A stretch of 64,000 bases of DNA, from positions 1 to 64,000 of the forward strand of contig CAYFHS010000013.1 of the NCBI GenBank assembly GCA_964342815.1, written 5' to 3'. A program made the translations under genes and the position numbers. Positions 1 through 8,914 of this stretch are shown here, one piece after another (position 1 is the stretch's first letter; every line of letters begins with the position of its first letter). The stretch comes from an uncultured archaeon. Its GTDB lineage: Archaea; Thermoplasmatota; Penumbrarchaeia; JASLWR01. The notes beneath the pieces are model-generated. The model was not told the DNA's origin, made no database searches, and worked only from the letters and a program-made list of their open reading frames with translations.

Positions 1-1
1 T

Positions 2-784
2 GAGTCTATCAAGTCCCCCGAATGGCTTTGGTACCATGAACTTATCGGCGGGGGGAGATGCCCCATCGTTGACACCTGGTGGCAGACCGAGACCGGCGGA
101 ATCCTCATCTCACCCATCCCGGGAGCGGTCCCGCTGAAACCGGGATCGGCTACAGTTCCCTTCTTCGGTGTGGAGCCCGTGGTCATGGACGACAGCGGTA
201 ATGAGATGACCGGAAATAACGTTACCGGAAACCTCGCTATAAAATCGGCCTGGCCGGGAATAATGAGAACGGTATACGGCGATCACACGAGATTCAAACA
301 CACCTATTTTTCAATGTACCCCGGTTATTTCTTTACGGGAGACGGCTGCCGACGCGACGAGGACGGCTACTACTGGATAACGGGAAGGGTGGACGACGTC
401 ATGAACGTGTCCGGTCACAGGATCGGTACTGCCGAAGTGGAGGGTGCGTTGGGTAAGCATCCGAAGGTGGCCGAGGCCGCGGTGGTAGGTTTCCCCCACG
501 ATATCAAGGGGCAGGGAATCTACGCTTACGTGACCCTTAAGACAGGCGAGGCCCCAAACGATGAGCTGAAGCGGGAACTGGTAATGACGGTGAGAAAGGA
601 GATCGGAGCAATCGCATCGCCGGACAAGATACAGTTCACCGAAGGGCTTCCGAAGACCAGATCCGGGAAGATCATGCGCCGTATACTGAGAAAGATAGCA
701 GAAGGAGCGGGGGACAAACTGGGAGATATCAGCACTCTTGCCGACCCGTCGGTTGTGGATAAGTTGGTCACTGGGGCTCAGTGA
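2..784 (+). CDS. acs: Acetyl-CoA synthetase (acetate--CoA ligase), 3' part; 5' end outside window
   Basis: Frame open from nt 2 ([33 protein letters not shown]); motifs [26 protein letters not shown] and [11 protein letters not shown]. Confidence 0.95.
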   Translation, partial: ESIKSPEWLWYHELIGGGRCPIVDTWWQTETGGILISPIPGAVPLKPGSATVPFFGVEPVVMDDSGNEMTGNNVTGNLAIKSAWPGIMRTVYGDHTRFKHTYFSMYPGYFFTGDGCRRDEDGYYWITGRVDDVMNVSGHRIGTAEVEGALGKHPKVAEAAVVGFPHDIKGQGIYAYVTLKTGEAPNDELKRELVMTVRKEIGAIASPDKIQFTEGLPKTRSGKIMRRILRKIAEGAGDKLGDISTLADPSVVDKLVTGAQ

Positions 785-821
785 AAAAACTGGTATCTGA
801 GTCGAAACGGTGGAGGGGTAC

Positions 822-2135
822 TTAATGATTTACATCAAGGGATTCATTAAATACCCATTTCCATATTGGTCGATACTCAATTATACCCTCATTCATTTTT
901 ATAGTTTCTTCATGGTCCCAAGTAATTATGGTCCCTTGAGGTAAATCGAAATGGAACATGGTCTTCATCAAGCTCCGTTCTTCCCTTTTTTTTGTTTTCG
1001 GATCGTCTATAGAGTAGCATACCTGGATCAAAGAAGTAACCTTTTCACCCTGCTTTACTATGAAATCAATATCGGTTTTCCCATCTTTCCAATAATACAC
1101 GTCACCCATATTTCGTAGTATGAGAAAGACAATATTCTCAAGCAACCTCCCTCGATCCGGACTAAAACTGAAACTCAACGCGCTTCTTATTCCCGGGTCT
1201 ACACAATACACTTTTCTTGGATAGGTGTATTGTGATTTCAAAGAATATGAAAAATGATTAACAAAAAATACCAGATATGCTTCTTCAAGGTCGTCCAGAT
1301 ACTCCTGAACTGTATGAATATTCAGATTCATCGTGCTTCCCAGGGATTTTGCGCTTAGCATGTTTGCTATATTCGTGAGAAGATATACACCAAGCCTCCC
1401 CATTTTTTTCCTTTCCCGGATTTCATACCTGGATATCACATCTCTTGATAGAATTGCATTGAAATACTCTTTTAATAATGTAAATTTCATAGTTGGATTG
1501 TCTTCCATGACAACTTCGGGAAAACCTCCGTATTTCAAGTATTCTCCAAGAAGATTTTTTATTAGGGACTTGTTTGCTATCAGATCGCTTTCGGTCTTAA
1601 TTTTTACGTCTTTAAATTGAAGATATTCCAAAAAAGACAATGGGAATAGTTCATAGCTCAAACTTCTTCCAACCAGATATGTTGAATATTCCGTTTGCAG
1701 AAGAGAAGAATTTGAGCCGGATATTACTATCTTGATATTCTGAAAGGAGTCGTACGATTTCTTGACCCATCGTTCCCAGTCATCGATGTTTTGTATCTCA
1801 TCAAGAAAAAGATAACTCATCCCCTGAAATGGCATTAATTCCTTATACGTCTCATATATTTTCTCAAGGGTTGCATTCTTGAAAGTCGGATCATCCAAAT
1901 TCACATACATTACTGTTTCCGGGTTCTGACGTTTCAGGATATCTTGTATTATAAGATGCATCAAGCTTGTCTTTCCGGCTCTCCTTACTCCAGTAATTGC
2001 CGTGACTTCTTTTCTTAAAAATAACGGTTTAATATTTTCCAGTGCTTTCCTATCTTTGAGATGAATGAACATTTCTTTGCTACTCTGCCACCATGGATTC
2101 CAAAATACCAATGCATCCTTCAACAATTCTATCAC
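822..2135 (-). CDS. AAA+ ATPase, AAA_14/DUF4143 family
   Basis: N-terminal WNPWW, Walker A GVRRAGKT, Walker B FLDEIQ, GGFPE, C-terminal DIDF nuclease-like motif. Start moved to GTG at 2135 (track gives 2177); start is inferred. Confidence 0.85.
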   Translation of the reverse strand: MIELLKDALVFWNPWWQSSKEMFIHLKDRKALENIKPLFLRKEVTAITGVRRAGKTSLMHLIIQDILKRQNPETVMYVNLDDPTFKNATLEKIYETYKELMPFQGMSYLFLDEIQNIDDWERWVKKSYDSFQNIKIVISGSNSSLLQTEYSTYLVGRSLSYELFPLSFLEYLQFKDVKIKTESDLIANKSLIKNLLGEYLKYGGFPEVVMEDNPTMKFTLLKEYFNAILSRDVISRYEIRERKKMGRLGVYLLTNIANMLSAKSLGSTMNLNIHTVQEYLDDLEEAYLVFFVNHFSYSLKSQYTYPRKVYCVDPGIRSALSFSFSPDRGRLLENIVFLILRNMGDVYYWKDGKTDIDFIVKQGEKVTSLIQVCYSIDDPKTKKREERSLMKTMFHFDLPQGTIITWDHEETIKMNEGIIEYRPIWKWVFNESLDVNH

Positions 2136-2401
2136 CTTGCACCATATTTGACTAAAAGGTGTAACGTGATGCACCATTATATTCTTTTCTACAGGTGTAT
2201 TATTAAAGATAATGTGATGAACCGAAGAGAAAACTGGTGATGACAGTACGAAAGTAGACCGGGGTAATTGCCTCGCTTGAAAACACCTGGTTTAAAGTAT
2301 GGGGTAGTTCGTTTCGAAATTTTTTTTCAAATATTAATATAATAACAAGTGCATGTTATTATCATACACATGAATCTACTAATAATATACAGGTAACATC
2401 G

Positions 2402-2728
2402 ATGAAGGAAAGTGAACTAAGAGAAAGATGGAAAGAGGTACAAAAAATTATCGAATCTACTAAGGATTCGGATTTTAAAAGGACACTTATCGTACCGTTA
2501 AAAGACTGGAATCCATCGATACTCTCAAAGAAAAGAAAGCGTTTGCTCTTGATGTTGAAAGAGAGAGAGGCCGAATCGGAAACGCATTTAGCGAAACTGT
2601 TAGGCCGAAAAAGACCAAACGTTGTTGCTGATCTTAAACTTCTTGAACATTATGGCCTAATTGAACGAATAAAACGAGGCCAGAGAACGATTCCAAGAGC
2701 TATAAAAAACCTGATTATAATATATTGA
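2402..2728 (+). CDS. Winged-HTH DNA-binding protein
   Basis: SETHLAKLLGRKRPNVVADLKLLEHYGLIE helix-turn-helix pattern; overlaps next ORF. Confidence 0.7.
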   Translation: MKESELRERWKEVQKIIESTKDSDFKRTLIVPLKDWNPSILSKKRKRLLLMLKEREAESETHLAKLLGRKRPNVVADLKLLEHYGLIERIKRGQRTIPRAIKNLIIIY

Positions 2729-3012
2729 TATCATATGGTAACAAACTAGTGAAAAAAGAAAAAAGGGAATTATCGCCCGGCGTGTACGCTGATGTGGAGA
2801 TCTGTTCTCAATGTGAAGACGAATGGGTCGATGAGGACGAATATGAAAGACTCAGATCATTATTTAAACGTAAAGCTTTCAAGATCGGAGGGAGCCTTGC
2901 GGTGAGAATTCCCAAAGAAATTGCGGATGCAGTTGGTCTGCATGATGGAGACGAATTGAACATTTCCATATCTGATCGTAAAGTGGTGATTGAACCGATT
3001 ACTTCTCCGTAA
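2725..3012 (+). CDS. AbrB/MazE/SpoVT-domain protein with partial N-terminal zinc ribbon
   Basis: C-terminal KIGGSLAVRIPKEIADAVGLHDGDEL; a single CxxC (CSQC); TTG start overlapping the upstream stop. Confidence 0.7.
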   Translation: MISYGNKLVKKEKRELSPGVYADVEICSQCEDEWVDEDEYERLRSLFKRKAFKIGGSLAVRIPKEIADAVGLHDGDELNISISDRKVVIEPITSP

Positions 3013-3102
3013 GGAAATTAATAAATAATAACCGGAGGGTTCACACCTTCCAATGTCAGGCGGGTGCTGACAGTTTATCTGGAGTAATTTTTTAAATCGT
3101 AA

Positions 3103-3205
3103 ACGAGGCCCGTGCCCGCTTCGCTCCGGTGCATTGGAAACGCACCTGCATCCTCAGAAATCTATCGTTTCTTACGGATGTTCGCCTGAGGGCCCCGGGC
3201 CTCGT
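3103..3205. repeat. REP-like multi-hairpin element downstream of the fdh operon
   Basis: Outer inverted repeat ACGAGGCCCG (3103-3112) / CGGGCCTCGT (3196-3205) with inner hairpins; minus strand carries GGAGCGAAGCGGG and CGTAAGAAACG, the latter also present in the 60604 element. Confidence 0.65.
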
Positions 3206-3232
3206 AAATAACGAATAACAATCATACCTGCT

Positions 3233-5914
3233 CTACTCAGCCTTCTCCACAGCCACCGCACACACTTTTAATTCAGGTATCTTCGCAATGGGATCCAACA
3301 CAGGATTGGTAAGAACGTTTGCCGCGGCTTCCGCGAAATGGAAGGGTATGAAAACTGAACCCACTTCTACCTTATCCGTCATCTGAACCTTCGTTCTTAT
3401 CTTGCCCCGCCTGCTCATCACTTTCACGTAATCCCCTTCCTTCACGCCTAGTCTCTCTGCGTCCTTCGGATTCAGTTCCACATAGCCCTCGGGAATGGTG
3501 GCATCCAGGGTATGAGAGCGCCTGGTCATGGACCCGGTATGGAAATGATATAACATTCGTCCCGTAGACAGCACGAAGGGATATTTCTCGTCAGGCAGCT
3601 CCGCAGGTGGTTTATACTCTATTGCATGGAAAATTCCCTTTCCGTGGGAGAATTTCCCCTTGTGGAGATATTTGGTACCGGGATGATTTTTATCCGTACA
3701 CGGCCACTGCAGTCCGTAATCTCCCAGACGGTCATAGCTCATGCCGCCGTATATGGGCGCCAAGGATGCGATCTCGTCCATGATTTCCGACGGGTGATCA
3801 TAGTTCATCTCATACCCGCAGGCTGTTGCAACTTCGCATAATATTTTCCAGTCTACTCTCGCATCTCCCGGTGGATCCAATGCCTTGTACGTCCTCTGCA
3901 CCCGACGTTCAGTATTCGTTATTGTGCCTTCCTTCTCCGCAAAACAGCTGCTGGGAAGAACCACATCCGCAAGCTGCGCGGTCTCGGTGAGGAAAATGTC
4001 CTGTACAACCAGGAAATCCAGGTTCTTGAGAGCCTTTCTCACATGATTCGTATCGGGGTCCGACACCATTGGGTTCTCGGCGAAAACGTATAACCCGCGA
4101 ACATCTCCCTTTGACGCGGCGTTCAGTATCTCCACAACGCCTAGCCCTGCCTTGTCCGGTAAATTAACGGACCAGGACCTTTCGAATTTTCCGCGCAGTT
4201 CGGCATTGGTGACATCCTGATATCCGGGAAGCACATTCGGAAGAGCGCACATATCGCAGGCCCCCTGTACGTTGTTCTGGCCCCGGAGAGGATTTACACC
4301 CCCGCCTTCGATACCCACATTTCCGGTGAGCATGGCAAGATTTGCTATTGAAAGAACGTTTTCGGTCCCGGTAATATGTTGAGTAATACCCATGGAATAG
4401 TATATGGCGCCCCGCTCAGCTCCGGCATACAAGCGAGCGGCTTCCCTCAGGTCGTCTGCAGGAATGCCGCTTATCTTCTCAACATACTCCGGCGTGTATT
4501 TCTTAACCAGTTCAGCGACCTCTTCGAAACCCGTACACCTCTCTTTTACATAATCCATATCCGCAAGCCCTTCAGATAGAATGACGTTCATCATTCCGTT
4601 TATCCAGGCAACGTCGGTGCCGTTCCTTTGTCTTAGCCATATATCCGAATACTTTACAAGCTCTATCTTTCTGGGATCTACAACTATAAGTTTTGTCTTA
4701 CCAAATTTCACCGCCCGCTTCATCAATGAACCTATGACCGGATGGGTCTCCGTCGTATTGGAGCCGGTCACCAGTATCACATCGGCCTTACCCACCTCGT
4801 CTATGGAATTCGTCATTGCCCCCGAACCGAAGGCCCGTTTCAAACCTGCAACGGTTGATGCATGGCATAATCTGGCGCAGTTATCCACATTATTCGTTCC
4901 GAAAACAGCCCGGACCAGTTTCTGCATTAAAAAGTTCTCTTCATTGGAACACTTGGACGAACTGAATCCGGCCAACGCATCGCTGCCAAATTCATTCTTA
5001 ATACCCATGAACTTCTCTGCTATTCGGGCATAGGCTTCATCCCATGTGGCTTCCCTGAATTCGCCGTTCTCTTTTATCAGGGGTTTCGTCAAGCGGTCGG
5101 GATGATTGATGAAATCAAGTCCGAACTTCCCCTTGACACACGACATTATCCCATTTACAGGCTGGGGTTTTATTGTGGTTGCTCTCACAAATTTCCCTGC
5201 AAACGAATTTAGCTCGAAGGTACAGCCAACACCGCAGTACGGGCAAACGACCCTGCTCTGATCCATTTCATAGGTTCGGCCCATTCCTATAGATCGTTTA
5301 TCCACAATAGCTCCCACCGGACATGCCGCCACGCACCCTCCGCATATTACACAGTCAGAATCCTTGTAGCTCTTGTAGAATGCCGTACTTACCCGTGTTT
5401 CTTGGCCTCTACCGGTGAAACCAAGAACTTCATTCATCAACAAATAGTTGCAAGCCGTGATGCACCTGCCGCAAAGAACACATTGGTCCATATTTCGATA
5501 AATGGCTGGCGACGAATCATCTTCCACATCGCCCCTTGCCTTGAATCCGTACCGTGATTTCTCCACTTTAAGCTCGTAGGCGACCTTTTGTATCTCACAG
5601 ATGCCGTTCTTTTCACACGTCAGGCATTTCAGGTCATGGGACCTTAAAATCAGCTCGAGTATGACCTTTTGTGCTTTCCTGATCCTCTTTGTCTTCGTTT
5701 GGATGTTCATTCCGTCCTTGACGGGATACGAACAGCTCGTACACAGCTTTCTAACCCCCTCTACCTCTACGAGACATAACCTGCATACACTCGTCACAGG
5801 TAGACATTCATGATAACATAGAGTAGGGATGAATATATTGTTTTCCCGTGCGACCTCGAGTATGGTCTGCCCCTTTTTGTACTCAAATTCCTTTCCATCG
5901 ATCTTGATCATCAC
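3233..5914 (-). CDS. fdhF: Formate dehydrogenase alpha subunit (Mo/W-bisPGD, Cys-ligated) with NuoG/HydA-like N-terminal FeS domains
   Basis: N-terminal 2Fe-2S, HxxxCxxC cluster and two ferredoxin motifs; CPYCGVGC; active-site NCARLCHAST (Cys, not Sec); PLRGQNNVQG; C-terminal molybdopterin-binding domain. Confidence 0.93.
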   Translation of the reverse strand: MMIKIDGKEFEYKKGQTILEVARENNIFIPTLCYHECLPVTSVCRLCLVEVEGVRKLCTSCSYPVKDGMNIQTKTKRIRKAQKVILELILRSHDLKCLTCEKNGICEIQKVAYELKVEKSRYGFKARGDVEDDSSPAIYRNMDQCVLCGRCITACNYLLMNEVLGFTGRGQETRVSTAFYKSYKDSDCVICGGCVAACPVGAIVDKRSIGMGRTYEMDQSRVVCPYCGVGCTFELNSFAGKFVRATTIKPQPVNGIMSCVKGKFGLDFINHPDRLTKPLIKENGEFREATWDEAYARIAEKFMGIKNEFGSDALAGFSSSKCSNEENFLMQKLVRAVFGTNNVDNCARLCHASTVAGLKRAFGSGAMTNSIDEVGKADVILVTGSNTTETHPVIGSLMKRAVKFGKTKLIVVDPRKIELVKYSDIWLRQRNGTDVAWINGMMNVILSEGLADMDYVKERCTGFEEVAELVKKYTPEYVEKISGIPADDLREAARLYAGAERGAIYYSMGITQHITGTENVLSIANLAMLTGNVGIEGGGVNPLRGQNNVQGACDMCALPNVLPGYQDVTNAELRGKFERSWSVNLPDKAGLGVVEILNAASKGDVRGLYVFAENPMVSDPDTNHVRKALKNLDFLVVQDIFLTETAQLADVVLPSSCFAEKEGTITNTERRVQRTYKALDPPGDARVDWKILCEVATACGYEMNYDHPSEIMDEIASLAPIYGGMSYDRLGDYGLQWPCTDKNHPGTKYLHKGKFSHGKGIFHAIEYKPPAELPDEKYPFVLSTGRMLYHFHTGSMTRRSHTLDATIPEGYVELNPKDAERLGVKEGDYVKVMSRRGKIRTKVQMTDKVEVGSVFIPFHFAEAAANVLTNPVLDPIAKIPELKVCAVAVEKAE

Positions 5915-7803
5915 TCATCACCCCCCTCACCGCTAACATAACTATCAACTTTCGTAACCGCTAGAACCTTCTTTGGACAAACACTGTAGCATATTCCACA
6001 TTTTATGCACTTATCATTGTCAATTTTATAGGGCTGTTTTTTCTCGCCGGAGATCACATCTATCGGACAGTTCTTGGCACACAATCCACAACCGATACAT
6101 GTCTCCTTGTCGATAACATAATGGAATAACTCCTTGCAAACCTTGGCCGCGCATCTCTTTTCTTTGATGTGCGCTTCATATTCATCCCGGAAATACTTGA
6201 TAGTAGTCAAAACAGGGTTCGGTGCCGATTGACCAAGACCGCAGATCGAGGAGTCGATTATTACTTCTCCGAGATCCTCCAATATCCCTATGTCCTCAAG
6301 TTTACCAGTACCCTTCGTAATATCGGTCAGCTTCTCAAGCATTACCTGAGTGCCTTCCCTGCACGGAGTACATTTACCGCATGATTCGGCCTGTGTGAAA
6401 TTTGTGAAAAATTTGGCAATATCAACCATACAGCTATCCTCATCCAAAATAACCATCCCGCCGGAGCCCATTATTGAATCCAATTTTGCAAGTTCCTCAT
6501 AATCTACAGGCGTATCCAGAAATTGAGCGGGAATACAACCGCCGGACGGGCCGCCGGTCTGAACCGCTTTGAATTTTTTATCGTCCGGTATGCCGCCGCC
6601 GATATCGAATATTATTTCCCTCAGATGCGTTCCCATGGGTACTTCGATCAAACCGCCTTTGGCTATTTTACCCGTAAGGGCAAATACAGCCGTTCCCGCA
6701 CTTTTTTTGGTACCGATATTTGCAAACCACTGGGCTCCGTTATTTATTATCTGAGGTACATAAGCAAAGGTCTTAACATTATTCAACAACGTTGGTTTGT
6801 CCAAAATCCCCTTTTGAGTGGTGCGAGGACGTGGAAGAGGTTTGGGCATGCCTCGTTTACCTTCAATGGAGAGAACCAATGCTGTTGACTCACCGCATAC
6901 GAACGCCCCCGCACCCTGGAATATTTCCAGGTCGAAACAGAAATCGGTTCCCAGAATATTGTTTCCCAATATCCCTCTAGCCCGGGTAATTGCGATGGCA
7001 TGGTTCAAGTGCTCCACAGCCAAAGGATATTCGGCACGTACATAGATGTACCCTTTTGTTGCACCAACTGAATATGCGGCAATTATCATTCCTTCGATTA
7101 CCGCATGCGGGTCTCCTTCCAAAATTGAACGGTCCATGAAGGCGCCGGGATCCCCCTCGTCTGCATTGCATACTACGTATTTCGGTTCGCCCGGAGAATT
7201 TCTGCAAGAATCCCATTTTCTACCGGCAGGGAAACCTGCACCCCCGCGACCGCGAAGACCGGATCGGCTAACTTCGTCGATAACTTCTCCGGGCTCCATT
7301 GTTATAATGGTTTTCAACGCACTGTATCCATCCCGGGCGATATAATGGTCAAGATTCGTTGGATCGATGATCCCGCAATTTTTCATGACGATCCTCTTTT
7401 GTCTTTTCATATCCGGATGCTCGAATAAAGGTGGAATATTCCCAATGCCCTTATCGCCCAGAACACCGATGGCAAGGGCCTCATTGGCATCTCCCCCCTC
7501 CAGATACGATCGCAATAGTCCTTCGATCTTTTTAGATGACACATTTGAATAACAGATGGGTTGCGCTCCGGGTTTCTGAATATATACCAGCGGTTCATAG
7601 TAGCAGGGTCCGAGACATCCTACATCGATCAGTTCCGCCTCAATGTTCAATTTTGTCAACACCTGTCTTGCCGTCTCTTTTACTTCCATTATGCCCGCAG
7701 CTCTTCCGCAGGAAGCTGCGCCAAAATATATTACCGGGATGGTGCTGTGCTTCAAATTATCCCAAACAGCTAACGCCTTCTGCCGAATATTATCAAAATC
7801 CAT
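5911..7803 (-). CDS. NADH/FMN-binding flavoprotein subunit, NuoF/HydB-like, with N-terminal thioredoxin-like FeS domain and C-terminal 2x[4Fe-4S]
   Basis: GLRGRGGAGFP, CNADEGDPGAFMDR, GAGAFVCGE, GGPSGG, ESCGKCTPCREG, CIGCGLCAKNCP and CIKCGICYSVCP. Confidence 0.92.
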   Translation of the reverse strand: MDFDNIRQKALAVWDNLKHSTIPVIYFGAASCGRAAGIMEVKETARQVLTKLNIEAELIDVGCLGPCYYEPLVYIQKPGAQPICYSNVSSKKIEGLLRSYLEGGDANEALAIGVLGDKGIGNIPPLFEHPDMKRQKRIVMKNCGIIDPTNLDHYIARDGYSALKTIITMEPGEVIDEVSRSGLRGRGGAGFPAGRKWDSCRNSPGEPKYVVCNADEGDPGAFMDRSILEGDPHAVIEGMIIAAYSVGATKGYIYVRAEYPLAVEHLNHAIAITRARGILGNNILGTDFCFDLEIFQGAGAFVCGESTALVLSIEGKRGMPKPLPRPRTTQKGILDKPTLLNNVKTFAYVPQIINNGAQWFANIGTKKSAGTAVFALTGKIAKGGLIEVPMGTHLREIIFDIGGGIPDDKKFKAVQTGGPSGGCIPAQFLDTPVDYEELAKLDSIMGSGGMVILDEDSCMVDIAKFFTNFTQAESCGKCTPCREGTQVMLEKLTDITKGTGKLEDIGILEDLGEVIIDSSICGLGQSAPNPVLTTIKYFRDEYEAHIKEKRCAAKVCKELFHYVIDKETCIGCGLCAKNCPIDVISGEKKQPYKIDNDKCIKCGICYSVCPKKVLAVTKVDSYVSGEGGDE

Positions 7804-7804
7804 T

Positions 7805-8293
7805 TCAATCCTCCTCCCTATAGCTATTTAGTATGTCACGTATGTTCGCAGGCGTACAATAACCGTAAGCGTTTTCGTCAACTACTATCACCGGAGCCAA
7901 TGCGCAACAGCCAAGACAAGCTACTCTATCAAGACCGAAAATTCCGTCATCGGTTGTTTCTCCCGGACCAATGCCCAACTCGCGCTCCAGGACCTGCCCT
8001 ATGGCGGCCCCGCCTTTAACATGGCAAGCAGTTCCCTCGCACACCTTTATTGTATGGTCCCCGGGTTTGTTGAATCTGAACTGCTCGTAGAACGTTGCTA
8101 TACCCATGATCTCTATCTCGGGCTTTCTAAGGTGACGTGAAATAGAGGTGACTATTTCCCTCGAGATATATCCGTACTTTTGCTGTACCAACTGCAGTAT
8201 CTCAATTGTCTTAGTTTGATCCATAGACTCTGAAGAGATCAGCTCTTTAATGAATGAGTCAACTTCAATAGTGCTTTCTTTTTCCATGTCCAT
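7805..8293 (-). CDS. NuoE/HydC-like [2Fe-2S] subunit
   Basis: IATFYEQF, VCEGTACH and ACLGCCALAP motifs; start moved to ATG 8293 (MDMEKE) behind a purine-rich RBS-like tract. Confidence 0.9.
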   Translation of the reverse strand: MDMEKESTIEVDSFIKELISSESMDQTKTIEILQLVQQKYGYISREIVTSISRHLRKPEIEIMGIATFYEQFRFNKPGDHTIKVCEGTACHVKGGAAIGQVLERELGIGPGETTDDGIFGLDRVACLGCCALAPVIVVDENAYGYCTPANIRDILNSYREED

Positions 8294-8466
8294 TCCCCTA
8301 AAATGTACCTTTCTTGGTAAAAAAAATGAATTATATACGACTTTGCCAACAGGTGTATTTTCAATGTAACAATGTGCCATCATAATTATGATATTAATAA
8401 CTTTTGGGGTTCTTCGGTACTGGGATATTGTCAATGGTGAAAATCTCGATGAATCAAGATTCATCT

Positions 8467-8543
8467 TACTTGTCAAGTAACGATGCATCCGAGGATGCAT
8501 CTAATTTGCCAGTTGGTAACCTGTCAAACCGTAACTTGACAAG
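8467..8543. promoter_or_regulatory. Candidate operator pair TACTTGTCAAGTA ... TAACTTGACAAG upstream of the fdh operon
   Basis: 13-bp odd palindrome at 8467-8479, second half-matching copy at 8532-8543 and a perfect 9-bp hairpin (8482-8501) between them; identical pair at 54986-55025. Confidence 0.45.
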
Positions 8544-8562
8544 CCGTTACATGTCATAGTTC

Positions 8563-8697
8563 GCGGAATCAATGCCCGTTAGCATACCCATGGGGTTTGC
8601 GGAGCGTAGCGGGAGCCCGTAGGCTTATTAGCCGAGGGCACAGCAATGCCCGAAGGGTGTTGCGTAGTGAAACGCGTGCCCGACGGGCCGATTCCGC
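8563..8697. repeat. REP-like / structured non-coding element
   Basis: Outer stem GCGGAATC-AAT-GCCCGT / ACGGGC-C-GATTCCGC enclosing several hairpins; contains GGAGCGTAGCGGG, similar to GGAGCGAAGCGGG of the 3103 element. Confidence 0.6.
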
Positions 8698-8914
8698 TGA
8701 ATATTTCAATGTTCCAATGACTTTCTTATTGTGAAAAAGGAATGCAAATATTACTCCATATACCTATTGCGGTCATTTCAATCCTGGCTCCTGTAATTAT
8801 GTGAGGATCAGGACCGATTCAATTAAAACAACTCGACTTTTGCCGCAAAAAATAATAGAAATCATATTAATGAATAACCCGATACCAATATCTCCCTAAT
8901 CGAGTTCACGTATA

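Noticed and set aside
3233-5914. Selenocysteine FDH or SECIS element
   Set aside because: Active-site residue is Cys (CARLCH) and the ORF has no in-frame TGA; the nearby hairpins belong to the repeat family.
8294-8500. N-terminal extensions in the ORF track (7805-8500, 12537-12893, 63250-63447, 2136-2177)
   Set aside because: They overlap regulatory DNA or neighbouring genes; homologous domains start at downstream codons, mostly with RBS-like sequences.
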